Assembly: GCA_040901675.1 (NCBI GenBank)
Contig: JBBDYJ010000035.1
Location: 128,001 to 192,000 of the forward strand
DNA from: Pirellulales bacterium
Lineage (GTDB): Bacteria; Planctomycetota; Planctomycetia; Pirellulales; JAICIG01
Direction: 5' to 3'
Length of the DNA stretch: 64,000 nucleotides
A program made the position numbers and the translations under genes. Shown here piece by piece: positions 54,339 to 64,000 of this stretch. Below the pieces are notes generated by a model. The model ran no database searches. It saw nothing but the letters and a program-made list of their open reading frames with translations, and was not told where the DNA came from. The first letter of the stretch is position 1. Every line of letters starts with the position of its first letter.

Positions 54339-55736
54339 CTAGCGGGACTGGACCTTCTGCCCGGCCCTCTGCCCGACCCTGTCCGGCCGGGCGGCCGTCG
54401 CGGCTTGACCCGGTGCGAACTGCACCGACGAAACCAGCATTTCATCCGCCCCGGCCAGACGCTCCACCAGTCCCGGCTCGACGGTAAAGGCGAAAACCAC
54501 CTGCCGGCCCTCCGCGCCCGCCACCAGGTAGTAGTGCCACCGCATCGGCAGCTCGGCGACCTCACCCTCGGCGACGACGCGGTAAGTCAGCAGGCCCCCG
54601 GCCTCGGACGCCGCCGCCTCGCGTATCTGCCGGAAGTCGCCGCTCAACGACCGCCCGATGTCGGCCTGGAACTTCGGGAGCGTTACGTGCTTACCCGGCT
54701 CGACCGGGGGCAGGGCCGACACGTTGCACTGGGCAATCAGTTCGCCGCGATCCACGAGACGCATGGCGAGCAAGTCGGCCCGGTCGTCCATGATGTGCCA
54801 GCGGCGGTCGTAAGCAAGCTGGAACTTGCCACCGGGCGATTCGTACTCCAGCAGGGTGGCCTGGGGATGCGGCTCCACTTCCAGCCCCGCCAGCGTTTGG
54901 TCGGAGAGGTTTCCAACCGCCCGCACCGGGGCCACCGTCATCATCAGCTTGGCAACCACGTCGACGCCGGGACCCACGTGTCCGACGGAGCGTTTTTCCT
55001 GGATCAGCAGCCCCAGCCGCGTCACCCGCCGCTGAGCGAACGAAAACGAATACTTGCCCTTCAATTCGATTTCGGTGGCCACTCCTCCGATGGCCCCGTG
55101 CAGTTTGCCCCCCAACTCGATGCTGGCTGTCTGGCCATCGGCGGCCACGAGCTCGCTCGCCACGTCGGCCTGACTGACGGCATCCAGTCCCAGCAGCGCG
55201 GCTAAGAGCCGGTCGCCGTGCTCCCAATGGTCTCCCACGGCCACGGCCGTGCCGGGCAACAGGCTGTCGATGAGCAAGCTGTTGGCCGGAATATCGACCA
55301 GGTCCAGCTCTTCCCGCGTCAGGGGCCCCAGAGGACTGAAAATAGTGGTTCCGCCCTGATCGACCTGGGCAACCAGGAGATTGCGGTCTTCGCGCAGCGA
55401 GGGCTTGAGACCTCCCTTTTCGACCTTGATCACAGCTTCGGCACGGTCGTAGTGCCGTGTCGCGCGCACTGTGTCCGCGGCATTGCCGGCGGACAGCAGC
55501 TTTTCATCATAAGCCAGCTTGGCCACCACGCTCATTTTGAGCGGTTTCAGCACGCCGTCTTCGACCGTGGTCAAGTCGCCCCCCACTTCCAGGCTGACTT
55601 CAACGCGGGCCATGTCTCCCGGCTTTCGTTGGCACCCCAGACGGTGCGCGGTCCCGGCCGGTGCGGGGGTGGCTGGCAGTACACCGAACAGGCAGATGGC
55701 TACGGCTGCCCTATGGGTCCAAACGCAGTTGTTCAT
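54339..55736 (-). CDS. Hypothetical exported beta-rich protein
   Basis: Signal peptide, AGGAAAAG RBS, long ORF with coding-like bias. Confidence 0.8.
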   Translation of the reverse strand: MNNCVWTHRAAVAICLFGVLPATPAPAGTAHRLGCQRKPGDMARVEVSLEVGGDLTTVEDGVLKPLKMSVVAKLAYDEKLLSAGNAADTVRATRHYDRAEAVIKVEKGGLKPSLREDRNLLVAQVDQGGTTIFSPLGPLTREELDLVDIPANSLLIDSLLPGTAVAVGDHWEHGDRLLAALLGLDAVSQADVASELVAADGQTASIELGGKLHGAIGGVATEIELKGKYSFSFAQRRVTRLGLLIQEKRSVGHVGPGVDVVAKLMMTVAPVRAVGNLSDQTLAGLEVEPHPQATLLEYESPGGKFQLAYDRRWHIMDDRADLLAMRLVDRGELIAQCNVSALPPVEPGKHVTLPKFQADIGRSLSGDFRQIREAAASEAGGLLTYRVVAEGEVAELPMRWHYYLVAGAEGRQVVFAFTVEPGLVERLAGADEMLVSSVQFAPGQAATAARPDRVGQRAGQKVQSR

Positions 55737-56344
55737 CGCTTTTCCTACTGGGGGCCGTTATTGGTCCGGCCATGCCGGTTGCGCCAGGCTTATCGACCGG
55801 GCAGAAGGTAAAGTTGAATCGAAGCCCCTGGGCTGGCCGGCGTGGTTTCGACCCCTGCCAGGACGCTCGGCTGCCTGTCATTTTGGCAGTAAGTGGCGGG
55901 CCGGTGCCCAAGCCCTAGGAATCAGGGATTGGTACTTGTCCTGCGAAATGGCAGTGCTACGCGATTTGCGTGCGATTGGCTCGCCGATTGCTCAATTTGG
56001 GGGGGGCTTGTTGGGCCTGTGGCCGCCTGGGTTTAACAAATTTCGCCGCGAGGCGAACTTTTAGTGGGCGGTTGGACACTTTATTGCGTAGGACTAGTAC
56101 ACCTGGTATGCCCCCCCAGGGGTAGTTATTGGAACGACGGGGGCCGATTTTGGTGGTTCGCACGCGGCAACGGATTTGCCGCTGGATGCCGCCGGGCGGT
56201 AAGATGGGCCCGCCGGATGGACGCCTGGTTCAATGGAACTCGTCCCCGCGGTTGGGCCATCGGACGCCCAAGAGGAAAGAGATAGCCCCGGCGGGCGCGG
56301 AGTCGCAGGGAACACCGCCGGATTGGCTCGAGAAGGGGATTTCA

Positions 56345-58012
56345 ATGCACACCGACTACCTGAATCCTGTCATTCGACAATTGCGGGACCAGCAGGTCCG
56401 CTATGCGCCGCGCGAGAAGAAACTCGACCAGGCCGACCGTGCAGAGCGGTTGCTGGCCGAGCTCGACGACGCTCGTACCTATTCGTATGAATATCTGTGC
56501 TACCGGATCACCGACTTCCGGCCTGAATCGTATCCGGGCATGAAGTTGAGCGGCGAAGAGGCTCGCCACGACTTGCGGCTGTTCGTCGAAGACGTTTCCG
56601 ACGCGGCCAACGTGCCGGCCGAAGCGGCCGGTGAGCAGGTCCTGACGGTGGAGGAATTGAGCCGGCAGTTCAAGGTATCGACCAAGACCATATCGCGTTG
56701 GCGCCAGCAAGGGCTGGTGAGCCGGCGGTTCATGTTCGATGGTCGCAAGCGAGTCGGCTTTTTGAAGAGCTCAGTGGACCGATTCGTGAAGGGCAACGAA
56801 GAGCGGGTGCACCGCGGAGCGCGTTTCAGCCAGCTCAGCGAAGACGAGCGATCGAGCATCATCGACCGCGCGCGCCGGCTGGCCCGCGCGGGCGGCTGCC
56901 CGGCGGAAGTCACCCGCCGGCTTGCCGAGCGGATGGGACGCAGCGTGGAGACGATCCGCTACACGCTCAAGGCATTTGACCAGGACCATCCGGATCTGGC
57001 CATTTTCCCGGAGAACTCCGGCCCGTTGTCCGACGAAGCCAAGCGCAAGATCGACCAGCAGTATCGCCGCGGCGTGTCGGTCGACGTGTTAGCCAAGCGG
57101 CATTGCCGGACCAAGACCAGCATCTACCGCGTCATCAACGAGATGCGGGCGGTGCGGATCCTCGAGCTGCCCCTGGACTACATCGACAACCCGCTGTTTT
57201 CGCAGCCGGGTGCCGAAAAGATCGTCCTGGGCCCGATGCCCGAAAACGCGGCGCCGGCCAAGAAAACCCGGCTGCCCAGCGGGCTGCCCCCCTATCTTGC
57301 CAGCCTCTACGAGGTCACCCTGCTGTCGCGCGAGCAGGAAGTACACCTGTTCCGCAAGCTGAACTACCTCAAGCATCGGGCCAGCCGGCTGCGCGAGCCG
57401 CTCGATCCGGCCCGCGCCAAGAGCAGCTTGATGGACCAGGTCGAAAAGCTCTACGACGAGGCGGTCGCCACCAAGAACCTCATCATCCGGGCCAACCTGC
57501 GGCTGGTCGTTTCGATCGCCAAGCGGCACGTCGGGCCGGCCGACAACTTCTTCGAGCTGGTCAGCGATGGCAACATGTCCTTGATCCGGGCGGTCGAGAA
57601 GTTCGACTTCGCCCGCGGCAACAAGTTCAGCACGTACGCCAGTTGGGCGATCATGAAGAACTTCGCCCGCACCATTCCCGACGAGCTGCGCCGCCGCGAT
57701 CGCTTCCGGACCAGCAACGAGGAGATGTTTTCGGCCACCGAGGACGAACGGACCGACCAGTACGAGCTGGAAAGCGCCCAGCAGCAGCGCGAGCAGCAGA
57801 TCGGCAAGATCCTGGAGCGGCTCGACGACCGCGAGCAGAAAATCATTATCAGCCGTTTTGGCCTGGCCCGCGGGCAGGAACCCTTGACGCTGAAGGAGGT
57901 TGGCGCCGAAATGGGTGTCACCAAGGAACGCGTCCGCCAAATCGAGGCCCGGGCCCTCAGCAAGCTGCGCAAGGCGGCCCAGGAGGAAAGAATCGAGATT
58001 CCCGGCCTGTAA
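56345..58012 (+). CDS. Large sigma-70 family factor with N-terminal HTH modules
   Basis: LLSREQE (1.2), ANLRLVVSIAK (2.1), GNKFSTYASWAI (2.3-2.4), TLKEVG..MGVTKERVRQIE (4.2); N-terminal VSTKTISRWRQQG HTH. Confidence 0.92.
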   Translation: MHTDYLNPVIRQLRDQQVRYAPREKKLDQADRAERLLAELDDARTYSYEYLCYRITDFRPESYPGMKLSGEEARHDLRLFVEDVSDAANVPAEAAGEQVLTVEELSRQFKVSTKTISRWRQQGLVSRRFMFDGRKRVGFLKSSVDRFVKGNEERVHRGARFSQLSEDERSSIIDRARRLARAGGCPAEVTRRLAERMGRSVETIRYTLKAFDQDHPDLAIFPENSGPLSDEAKRKIDQQYRRGVSVDVLAKRHCRTKTSIYRVINEMRAVRILELPLDYIDNPLFSQPGAEKIVLGPMPENAAPAKKTRLPSGLPPYLASLYEVTLLSREQEVHLFRKLNYLKHRASRLREPLDPARAKSSLMDQVEKLYDEAVATKNLIIRANLRLVVSIAKRHVGPADNFFELVSDGNMSLIRAVEKFDFARGNKFSTYASWAIMKNFARTIPDELRRRDRFRTSNEEMFSATEDERTDQYELESAQQQREQQIGKILERLDDREQKIIISRFGLARGQEPLTLKEVGAEMGVTKERVRQIEARALSKLRKAAQEERIEIPGL

Positions 58013-58321
58013 AGCCGGGCCTCCCCGGCGGACGTTGGACGGCCTTCCCAGGCCGTCCAGACAGGTAACGACCGGCAGGAAGCCCGTCCTATTGCACATG
58101 GCACGGGGGGTCGCCGGAGTCCGGCGACCCCGTTTTGCTCGCTTCGATGCAGCTCACTTTCGAGGCAGCCCACTTTCGAAGCAGCCCACTTTCGAATCAG
58201 CGGCGCGGTCGTCCGCCGGGATGGCGGGCAGAATGCATGCCAAGGCCGATTTTTCCCCGGTCCATATTGCAGATGGTGCCAGGTTCATTATATTTACTTG
58301 TTTTCGTGGCGGGTCGCGCAG

Positions 58322-58394
58322 GCTAGCGTAGCTCAACTGGCAGAGCGGCTGATTTGTAATCAGCAGGTTGTGGGTTCAAGTCCCTCCGCTAGCT
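58322..58394 (+). tRNA. tRNA-Thr(TGT)
   Basis: GCTAGCG/CGCTAGC acceptor stem, CTGAT-TTGTAA-ATCAG-type anticodon arm, GGTTCAAGTCC. Confidence 0.95.
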
Positions 58395-58490
58395 CGTAGG
58401 GACGAAGGTATTCCAGGCAATCTTGGGATCGCTGCGGGCGGCCGGTGCAGTCCCGGCGGCGAATTCGCTGCCCGGCGAGCTTTCGCGAGC

Positions 58491-58572
58491 GGGGGGTTTC
58501 CCGAGCGGTCAAAGGGGTCAGACTGTAAATCTGATGGCTATGCCTTCACAGGTTCGAATCCTGTACCCCCCA
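58491..58572 (+). tRNA. tRNA-Tyr(GTA)
   Basis: TCAGA-CTGTAAA-TCTGA anticodon arm, long variable arm, GGTTCGAATCC. Confidence 0.96.
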
Positions 58573-58630
58573 GTTATTCAGCCCTGCTGGCGCCCGCCGG
58601 CCTGATAGAATTGGTAGCCTGCCGACCGAT

Positions 58631-58701
58631 GCGGGTGTAGCTCAATGGTAGAGCAATAGCCTTCCAAGCTAAAGACGAGGGTTCGATTCCCTTCACCCGC
58701 T
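58631..58701 (+). tRNA. tRNA-Gly(TCC)
   Basis: GCGGGTG/CACCCGC acceptor stem, TAGC-CTTCCAA-GCTA anticodon arm. Confidence 0.96.
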
Positions 58702-58773
58702 TTGCCCGCCTGTCCCCTGGCGGGCGGGGGGCTGGTGGGACTTGAGACAGGAACTGCTGAACACGTGGCCCAA

Positions 58774-58846
<73 letters not shown>

Positions 58847-58902
58847 CCTTTTGCACTGATTGAATCTGGTAACGACCATCGCTTTGAACGCAGGGAGACA
58901 GA

Positions 58903-60102
58903 ATGGCCAAGGCTACTTTCGAACGGACCAAACCGCACGTCAACGTGGGCACCATCGGCCACATCGACCATGGAAAAACGACCCTGACGGGGGCCATCCT
59001 CGCCGTTCAGTCGGCCAAGGGACTGGCCAGCTTCAAGTCGTATGCGGATATCGCCAAGGGCGGCACCGTCCGCGACGAAACCAAGACCGTCACCATCGCC
59101 GTCAGCCACGTGGAATACGAGACGGCCAACCGGCATTACGCCCACATCGATTGCCCGGGCCACGCCGACTTCATCAAGAACATGATCACCGGGGCCGCCC
59201 AGATGGACGGCGCCATCCTGGTCGTGTCGGCCGCCGATGGACCCATGCCCCAGACCCGTGAGCACATCCTGCTGGCTCGCCAGGTGGGCGTGCCGGCCCT
59301 GGTCGTGTTTTTGAACAAGGTCGACCTGGTCGACGACGAAGAGCTATTGGAGCTGGTCGAGCTGGAGCTCCGCGAGTTGTTGACCCACTATGGTTTCCCG
59401 GGGGAGGAAATCCCCATCATTCGCGGCGCCAGCCGGCCGGCCTACGATACCCCGACCGACCCGGAGAAGACCAAGTGCATCCAGGAACTGATGGATGCCA
59501 TCGACAACTACATCCCGGAGCCGATCCGCGAGGTCGACAAGCCGTTCTTGATGGCCGTGGAAGACGTGTTCTCGATTGAAGGCCGCGGCACCGTCGCCAC
59601 CGGGCGAATCGAGCGGGGCGTCGTGCACGTGGGCGACGAGGTGGAGGTGATCGGTCTGGCCAAGAAACCGTTCAAGACCACGGTGACCGGCGTGGAGATG
59701 TTCAACAAGACTCTGAACGAGGGCCAGGCCGGCGACAATGTCGGCTGCCTGCTGCGGGGCCTGAAACGCGAGGACATCGAGCGGGGCCAGGTCCTGGCCA
59801 AGCCCGGTTCGATCACTCCGCATACCAAGTTCGAGGCCGAAGTGTACGTGCTGTCGAAGGAGGAAGGTGGCCGGCACACGCCGTTCTTCAGCGGTTACCG
59901 GCCGCAGTTCTACTTCCGCACGACCGACGTCACCGGCAGCGCGAACCTTACCGGCGACATCGAGATGTGCATGCCGGGCGACAATGCCAAGCTGAGCATC
60001 GAGCTGATCAGCCCCATTGCCATGGACGACGGGGTGCGTTTCGCCATTCGCGAGGGTGGCAAGACAGTCGGGTCGGGCGTGGTCACCAAGATCATCGAGT
60101 AA
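58903..60102 (+). CDS. tuf: Elongation factor Tu
   Basis: [34 protein letters not shown]. Confidence 0.99.
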   Translation: MAKATFERTKPHVNVGTIGHIDHGKTTLTGAILAVQSAKGLASFKSYADIAKGGTVRDETKTVTIAVSHVEYETANRHYAHIDCPGHADFIKNMITGAAQMDGAILVVSAADGPMPQTREHILLARQVGVPALVVFLNKVDLVDDEELLELVELELRELLTHYGFPGEEIPIIRGASRPAYDTPTDPEKTKCIQELMDAIDNYIPEPIREVDKPFLMAVEDVFSIEGRGTVATGRIERGVVHVGDEVEVIGLAKKPFKTTVTGVEMFNKTLNEGQAGDNVGCLLRGLKREDIERGQVLAKPGSITPHTKFEAEVYVLSKEEGGRHTPFFSGYRPQFYFRTTDVTGSANLTGDIEMCMPGDNAKLSIELISPIAMDDGVRFAIREGGKTVGSGVVTKIIE

Positions 60103-60147
60103 ACGGATCCTATCGGGGCGACAAGCAGTTATCGAAACGTGGACAAT

Positions 60148-60223
60148 AGGGGTGTAGCTCAATTGGCAGAGCGCTGGTCTCCAAAACCAGAGGTTGCGAG
60201 TTCGATTCCCGCCGCCCCTGCCA
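60148..60223 (+). tRNA. tRNA-Trp(CCA)
   Basis: CTGGT-CTCCAAA-ACCAG anticodon arm, encoded CCA end, located between tuf and secE. Confidence 0.95.
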
Positions 60224-60375
60224 ACAGTGTGCTGATTGCAACAGTGTGTTGATTGTTGATGTTGATTGTTGTTCGGGATTTGCGTTGTCGGATAACGGGT
60301 TGGCTTGGGGAGACGGCCCCCGCGGCCGGGCTCCCAAGGCCCCAAGCCCGGCGACCCCAAGGACGAGGTTAGACG

Positions 60376-60816
60376 GTGAAAAACGGAAACACAGCGGCCC
60401 GCGGCGAGTTGTGGCGCGACTTGTTCAGTCTGGGACTGTATAAGCGCAGCCAGGGGCGGATTGCCCGCCAGGTGACGTTCGCCGTGCTGGCGGTCGCGGT
60501 GGCCCTGGGAGCCTGGTCGCTCTATGAGTTTTTGACCGACAAGGCCCCCCGCTCGGTCCAGTACGCCAGTGCCTCCGTGCTCTGCGTGGTCGGCTTGTGG
60601 GTCGCGTTTCGAGTCGTCAATCTGCCTCGCTTCGCCGATTTTTTGATCGCCGTCGAGGCGGAGATGAACAAGGTCTCATGGCCGTCCAGGAGCGAACTTG
60701 CCCGCAGCGCCATGGTGGTCATGGTCACCATGTTTGGCCTGGCGGCCGTCTTGTACGCCTACGACCTGGTCTGGCAGACCTTGTTGACGGCGCTAGGCAT
60801 CCTGAGACGCGGCTAG
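60376..60816 (+). CDS. secE: Preprotein translocase subunit SecE (3-TM type)
   Basis: FL..VEAEMNKVSWPSRSEL; synteny. Confidence 0.93.
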   Translation: MKNGNTAARGELWRDLFSLGLYKRSQGRIARQVTFAVLAVAVALGAWSLYEFLTDKAPRSVQYASASVLCVVGLWVAFRVVNLPRFADFLIAVEAEMNKVSWPSRSELARSAMVVMVTMFGLAAVLYAYDLVWQTLLTALGILRRG

Positions 60817-60949
60817 CGGCGGCCGCGAAATGGCGGGACGCGGCGTGGCGGGACGCGGCGTGGCGGGACGACTGGAAGGTGAGGCACGGAAAAGTCTGGT
60901 GGAAAACGTGGATTCTCAAAACGTGGATTCTCACAGGGGGGTTCCTGGC

Positions 60950-61855
60950 GTGATTGACGAAGCGGACAACTTGCCCGCCCAGCCGGATCATCCGGCCGAC
61001 GACGGGGTTGTCGGACCTTCCGCCGCCTCCCGCGACCCGTCTGCAGATCCGGCGTCGAATCCTCCGGAGGCGGGCGGTCAGAACGGCAACGTCATCGATG
61101 ACGGGGATCCGACCGGCGGACACCGTGCGGCCGAGGAGCTGCCGTCCGATGAGAACCTGCGCGATGAGCCGGATGCTGAATCGCTCCAAGCAACCGGCCG
61201 CCAACGAGCCGAGACATCGGCCGACCGGCCGGAACACGTCGAGCCTGAAGACTCCTCAGAGCCTGCCTCCGAAGACTCCGCCCCTATCTACGAAGACTCC
61301 GCCCCTGACGAGCCGGAGCAAAGGAAAATGGACTGGTACATCCTCAAGGTGCAGAGCAACCGCGAGGACTCGATCCGCGAGGCGCTGCAGCGGCGAATCA
61401 ACATCGCCGGCTTGGAGAAGTCCTTCGACGAGATCATCGTCCCCGTGGAGATGGTCTCGGAGTTCAAGAACGGCAAGAAGCGGGTGGTCAAGCGCAAGCT
61501 GTATCCGGGGTACATCGTCGTCCACATGGAACTGAACGAGGACACCTGGTTCCTGGTCCGCGAAACGCCGGGCATCGGCGACTTCACCGGCTCGGGCGGC
61601 AAGCCCAGCCCCATGCTGCCCCACGAGGTCAGCCGGATCATGGCCAAGCAGGAGGAGAAGACCGACGAGGCGCCCAAGCTCAAGATCAGCTTCAACACGG
61701 GCGACCGGGTGAAGATTACCGAGGGCACCTTCGAGAACTTCGAAGGCGACGTCGACAGCATCGACCAGGCCAACGGGCGGGTCACGGTGATGATCAACAT
61801 CTTTGGCCGCTCGACCCCCGTCGAGCTGGAGTACTGGCAAATCGAATCCCTTTGA
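60950..61855 (+). CDS. nusG: Transcription factor NusG with long acidic N-terminal extension (start uncertain; core begins about 61328)
   Basis: WYILKVQSNRE, YPGY, GDRVKITEGTF, IFGRSTPVEL. Confidence 0.93.
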   Translation: MIDEADNLPAQPDHPADDGVVGPSAASRDPSADPASNPPEAGGQNGNVIDDGDPTGGHRAAEELPSDENLRDEPDAESLQATGRQRAETSADRPEHVEPEDSSEPASEDSAPIYEDSAPDEPEQRKMDWYILKVQSNREDSIREALQRRINIAGLEKSFDEIIVPVEMVSEFKNGKKRVVKRKLYPGYIVVHMELNEDTWFLVRETPGIGDFTGSGGKPSPMLPHEVSRIMAKQEEKTDEAPKLKISFNTGDRVKITEGTFENFEGDVDSIDQANGRVTVMINIFGRSTPVELEYWQIESL

Positions 61856-61959
61856 ATCGCCGGCTGCCCCGCACGGCAGGGGCCATCGGCCGGTACCCGG
61901 AAACGCTGCCGGGAAGGGGCCGAAGAGACAATAAAATTTAGATACCCCCCAAAAGGACC

Positions 61960-62385
61960 ATGGCAAAACAACTCGTAGCGCAAGTAAAATTCCAGGTTCC
62001 CGGCGGCCAGGCCACCCCCGCGCCGCCGGTCGGTACCGCGCTGGGCCGGTTTGGCGTGAACCTCGGGCAGTTCGTCCAGCAGTTCAACGAGCGGACCCGA
62101 GAGGCCGGCGGCATGCCGATCCCCGTCGTTGTCAGCGTATACAACGACCGGTCTTTCGATTTCGTAACCAAGAGTCCCCCCGCGGCCGCTTTATTGAAAC
62201 AGGCTGCCGGCATCGCCAAGGGGTCCGGCGTTCCGAACAAGGAAAAGGTGGGCAAGGTCACGTCGGCTCAGATCGAGGACATCGTCAAGATGAAGCTGGC
62301 CGATTTGAACGCCCGCGACGTGAGCCACGCCAAGCGGATGATCGAGGGCACCGCACGCAGCATGGGGTTGCAGGTCGAAGGTTGA
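61960..62385 (+). CDS. rplK: 50S ribosomal protein L11
   Basis: [18 protein letters not shown]. Confidence 0.98.
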   Translation: MAKQLVAQVKFQVPGGQATPAPPVGTALGRFGVNLGQFVQQFNERTREAGGMPIPVVVSVYNDRSFDFVTKSPPAAALLKQAAGIAKGSGVPNKEKVGKVTSAQIEDIVKMKLADLNARDVSHAKRMIEGTARSMGLQVEG

Positions 62386-62429
62386 AAGTTCGCCAGCAGG
62401 GAATCACGGGAAACAGAATCACGGGAAAC

Positions 62430-63110
62430 ATGGCTAAGCAATCGAAGCGCTTCGCGGCCCTGGCCGCGAAAGTTCCTCTCGCGGCGCCCGTGCCCTTGGA
62501 GCAGGCCGTGGCCTTGCTCAAGGAGTTTGGCAACACCCGCTTCGACCAGTCGGTCGAGATCGCGATGCGGCTGGGGGTCGACGCCAAACAGGCCGACCAG
62601 CTCGTGCGCGGCTCGTTCGTCCTGCCGCACGGGATCGGCAAGTCGGTTCGCGTGATTGTGTTCGCCAAGGGGGACCTGGCCGAGCAGGCCAAGGCGGCCG
62701 GGGCCGACGAGGTGGGCACCGAGGAGATGGCCAAGCGGATCAAGGACGGCTGGACCGAGTTCGACGTGTGCATTGCCGCGCCGGACATGATGGGGCTGGT
62801 GGGTCCCTTGGGCCGCGTTTTGGGACCCCGCGGCCTGATGCCCTCGCCGCGGGCGGGGACCGTCACGCCCGACGTGGGCAAGACGGTCAAGGAGTACAAG
62901 GCGGGCAAGATCGAGTTCCGCAACGACGCGGGGGGGATCGTGCACGCCGCGGTGGGCAAGTTGAGCTTCGACGCGCAGAAGCTGGTGGACAACATTCAAG
63001 CTTTCATCAACCACATCCAGGCGATCAAACCGGCCGGCGTCAAGGGAAACTACCTGAAAGGGATCTCGATCAGCGCTACGATGAGCCCTGGCATCAAGGT
63101 CGCCGCCTAG
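62430..63110 (+). CDS. rplA: 50S ribosomal protein L1
   Basis: [25 protein letters not shown]. Confidence 0.98.
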   Translation: MAKQSKRFAALAAKVPLAAPVPLEQAVALLKEFGNTRFDQSVEIAMRLGVDAKQADQLVRGSFVLPHGIGKSVRVIVFAKGDLAEQAKAAGADEVGTEEMAKRIKDGWTEFDVCIAAPDMMGLVGPLGRVLGPRGLMPSPRAGTVTPDVGKTVKEYKAGKIEFRNDAGGIVHAAVGKLSFDAQKLVDNIQAFINHIQAIKPAGVKGNYLKGISISATMSPGIKVAA

Positions 63111-63170
63111 ACGAGCGGCTGGCGGCGGGCGACAACAGCGTCCTAGAGAACAGCGTCCTAGAGAACAGCG

Positions 63171-63749
63171 ATGAGCAAGTACGTCAAGGAGCTGATCACC
63201 CAAGACCTGCGCCGCCGCTTGCAGGGCGTGGACAACGCGCTCTTGGTGAGCGTGGCGGGTTTGGACGCCAACAAGAACAACCGGCTGCGGACGGCCCTGC
63301 GCGACAGCCACGCGCGGTTGTTGGTCGTCAAGAACAGCCTGGCTCGGCGAGCGGTCGAAGGAACCCCGCTGGCGGCGGCCTTCGAGCAGATGGAGGGCTC
63401 CTTGGCCGTCGTGTGGGGGAGCGACGACATCGTCTCGCTGGCCAAGCTGATTACCCGGCTCTCGGAAGACAAGCAGTTCGCGCCGTTCGAGGCCCGGGGC
63501 GGCGTCATGGACGGCGCCCGGCTTTCGGCCGACCAGGTGAAGCAGGTCAGCAAGTGGCCCAGCCGCGAAGAACAACTCAGCCTGCTGGTCGGGCAGATTC
63601 TCAGCCCCGCTGCCAATCTGGCCAGCCAGTTGACGAGCACCGCCGGCGCGCTGGCCAGCCAGATCAAACAACAGGCCGAGGAGCCGGCCGCCCCCGACGG
63701 CGACGGCGCCAGCGCAACCGATGCCCAAGCCGCGGCCAACCCAACATAG
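63171..63749 (+). CDS. rplJ: 50S ribosomal protein L10
   Basis: VVKNSLARRA, PSREEQL; synteny. Confidence 0.96.
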   Translation: MSKYVKELITQDLRRRLQGVDNALLVSVAGLDANKNNRLRTALRDSHARLLVVKNSLARRAVEGTPLAAAFEQMEGSLAVVWGSDDIVSLAKLITRLSEDKQFAPFEARGGVMDGARLSADQVKQVSKWPSREEQLSLLVGQILSPAANLASQLTSTAGALASQIKQQAEEPAAPDGDGASATDAQAAANPT

Positions 63750-63917
63750 CGTCGCCCAAGCCCGGCAGCAGCCGGGCAAACCATGGTCCGGCGAGCAATC
63801 GGGGCGGGCGCCCGATGAGTCGCCGGGACCGCAACAATCACGAGAGCCGAAACCGCGAGTGCCGCCGCTGAAGTTGGCCGGCGGCCTCGCACCAAAGTGC
63901 GAAAGGAGCTGGATCGT

Positions 63918-64000
63918 ATGGCGACCGACGCGGCCACCATGGAGTTTTCGTTAACCACCAAGGATCTCGGTGAAAAAATCGTGGGCCTCACGCTCAAGGA
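63918..64000 (+). CDS. rplL: 50S ribosomal protein L7/L12, partial at window edge
   Basis: AAAGGAG RBS; MATDAATMEFS..KDLGEKIVGLTLK; follows rplJ. Confidence 0.85.
   Translation, partial: MATDAATMEFSLTTKDLGEKIVGLTLK

Overview
This is a GC-rich bacterial chromosome window, very likely from a planctomycete (Pirellulales-like). The assignment is inferred from DUF1501, DUF1549/DUF1553, a PVC-type heme-binding dehydrogenase and a prenyltransferase-repeat protein. The core content is ordinary: gltBD with an upstream LysR gene, flotillin/NfeD, UbiD, two TlpA redoxins, a Sua5/TsaC-phosphatase fusion followed by rpiB, tadA, rpmA-obgE-coaX-mnmE-like, a large sigma-70 factor, and the tRNA(Thr,Tyr,Gly,Thr)-tuf-tRNA(Trp)-secE-nusG-rplKAJL cluster. 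The best candidate for an undescribed system is a low-GC two-gene insert at 39941-41202. It encodes an unknown acidic 132-aa protein and a 286-aa protein with a HEPN-type R-x4-H RNase motif, and may be a defence or toxin-antitoxin module. Other notable signals are: an uncharacterised overlapping small-gene pair (6676-7195); four abrupt gene-breakage junctions, two of which cut toxins (ParE, VapC) while sparing the antitoxins; REP-like palindromes, two of them inside reading frames; 13-17 bp tandem duplications in spacers around translation genes; and several apparent pseudo-enzymes. All family calls come from motif recognition by eye; no database search was run.
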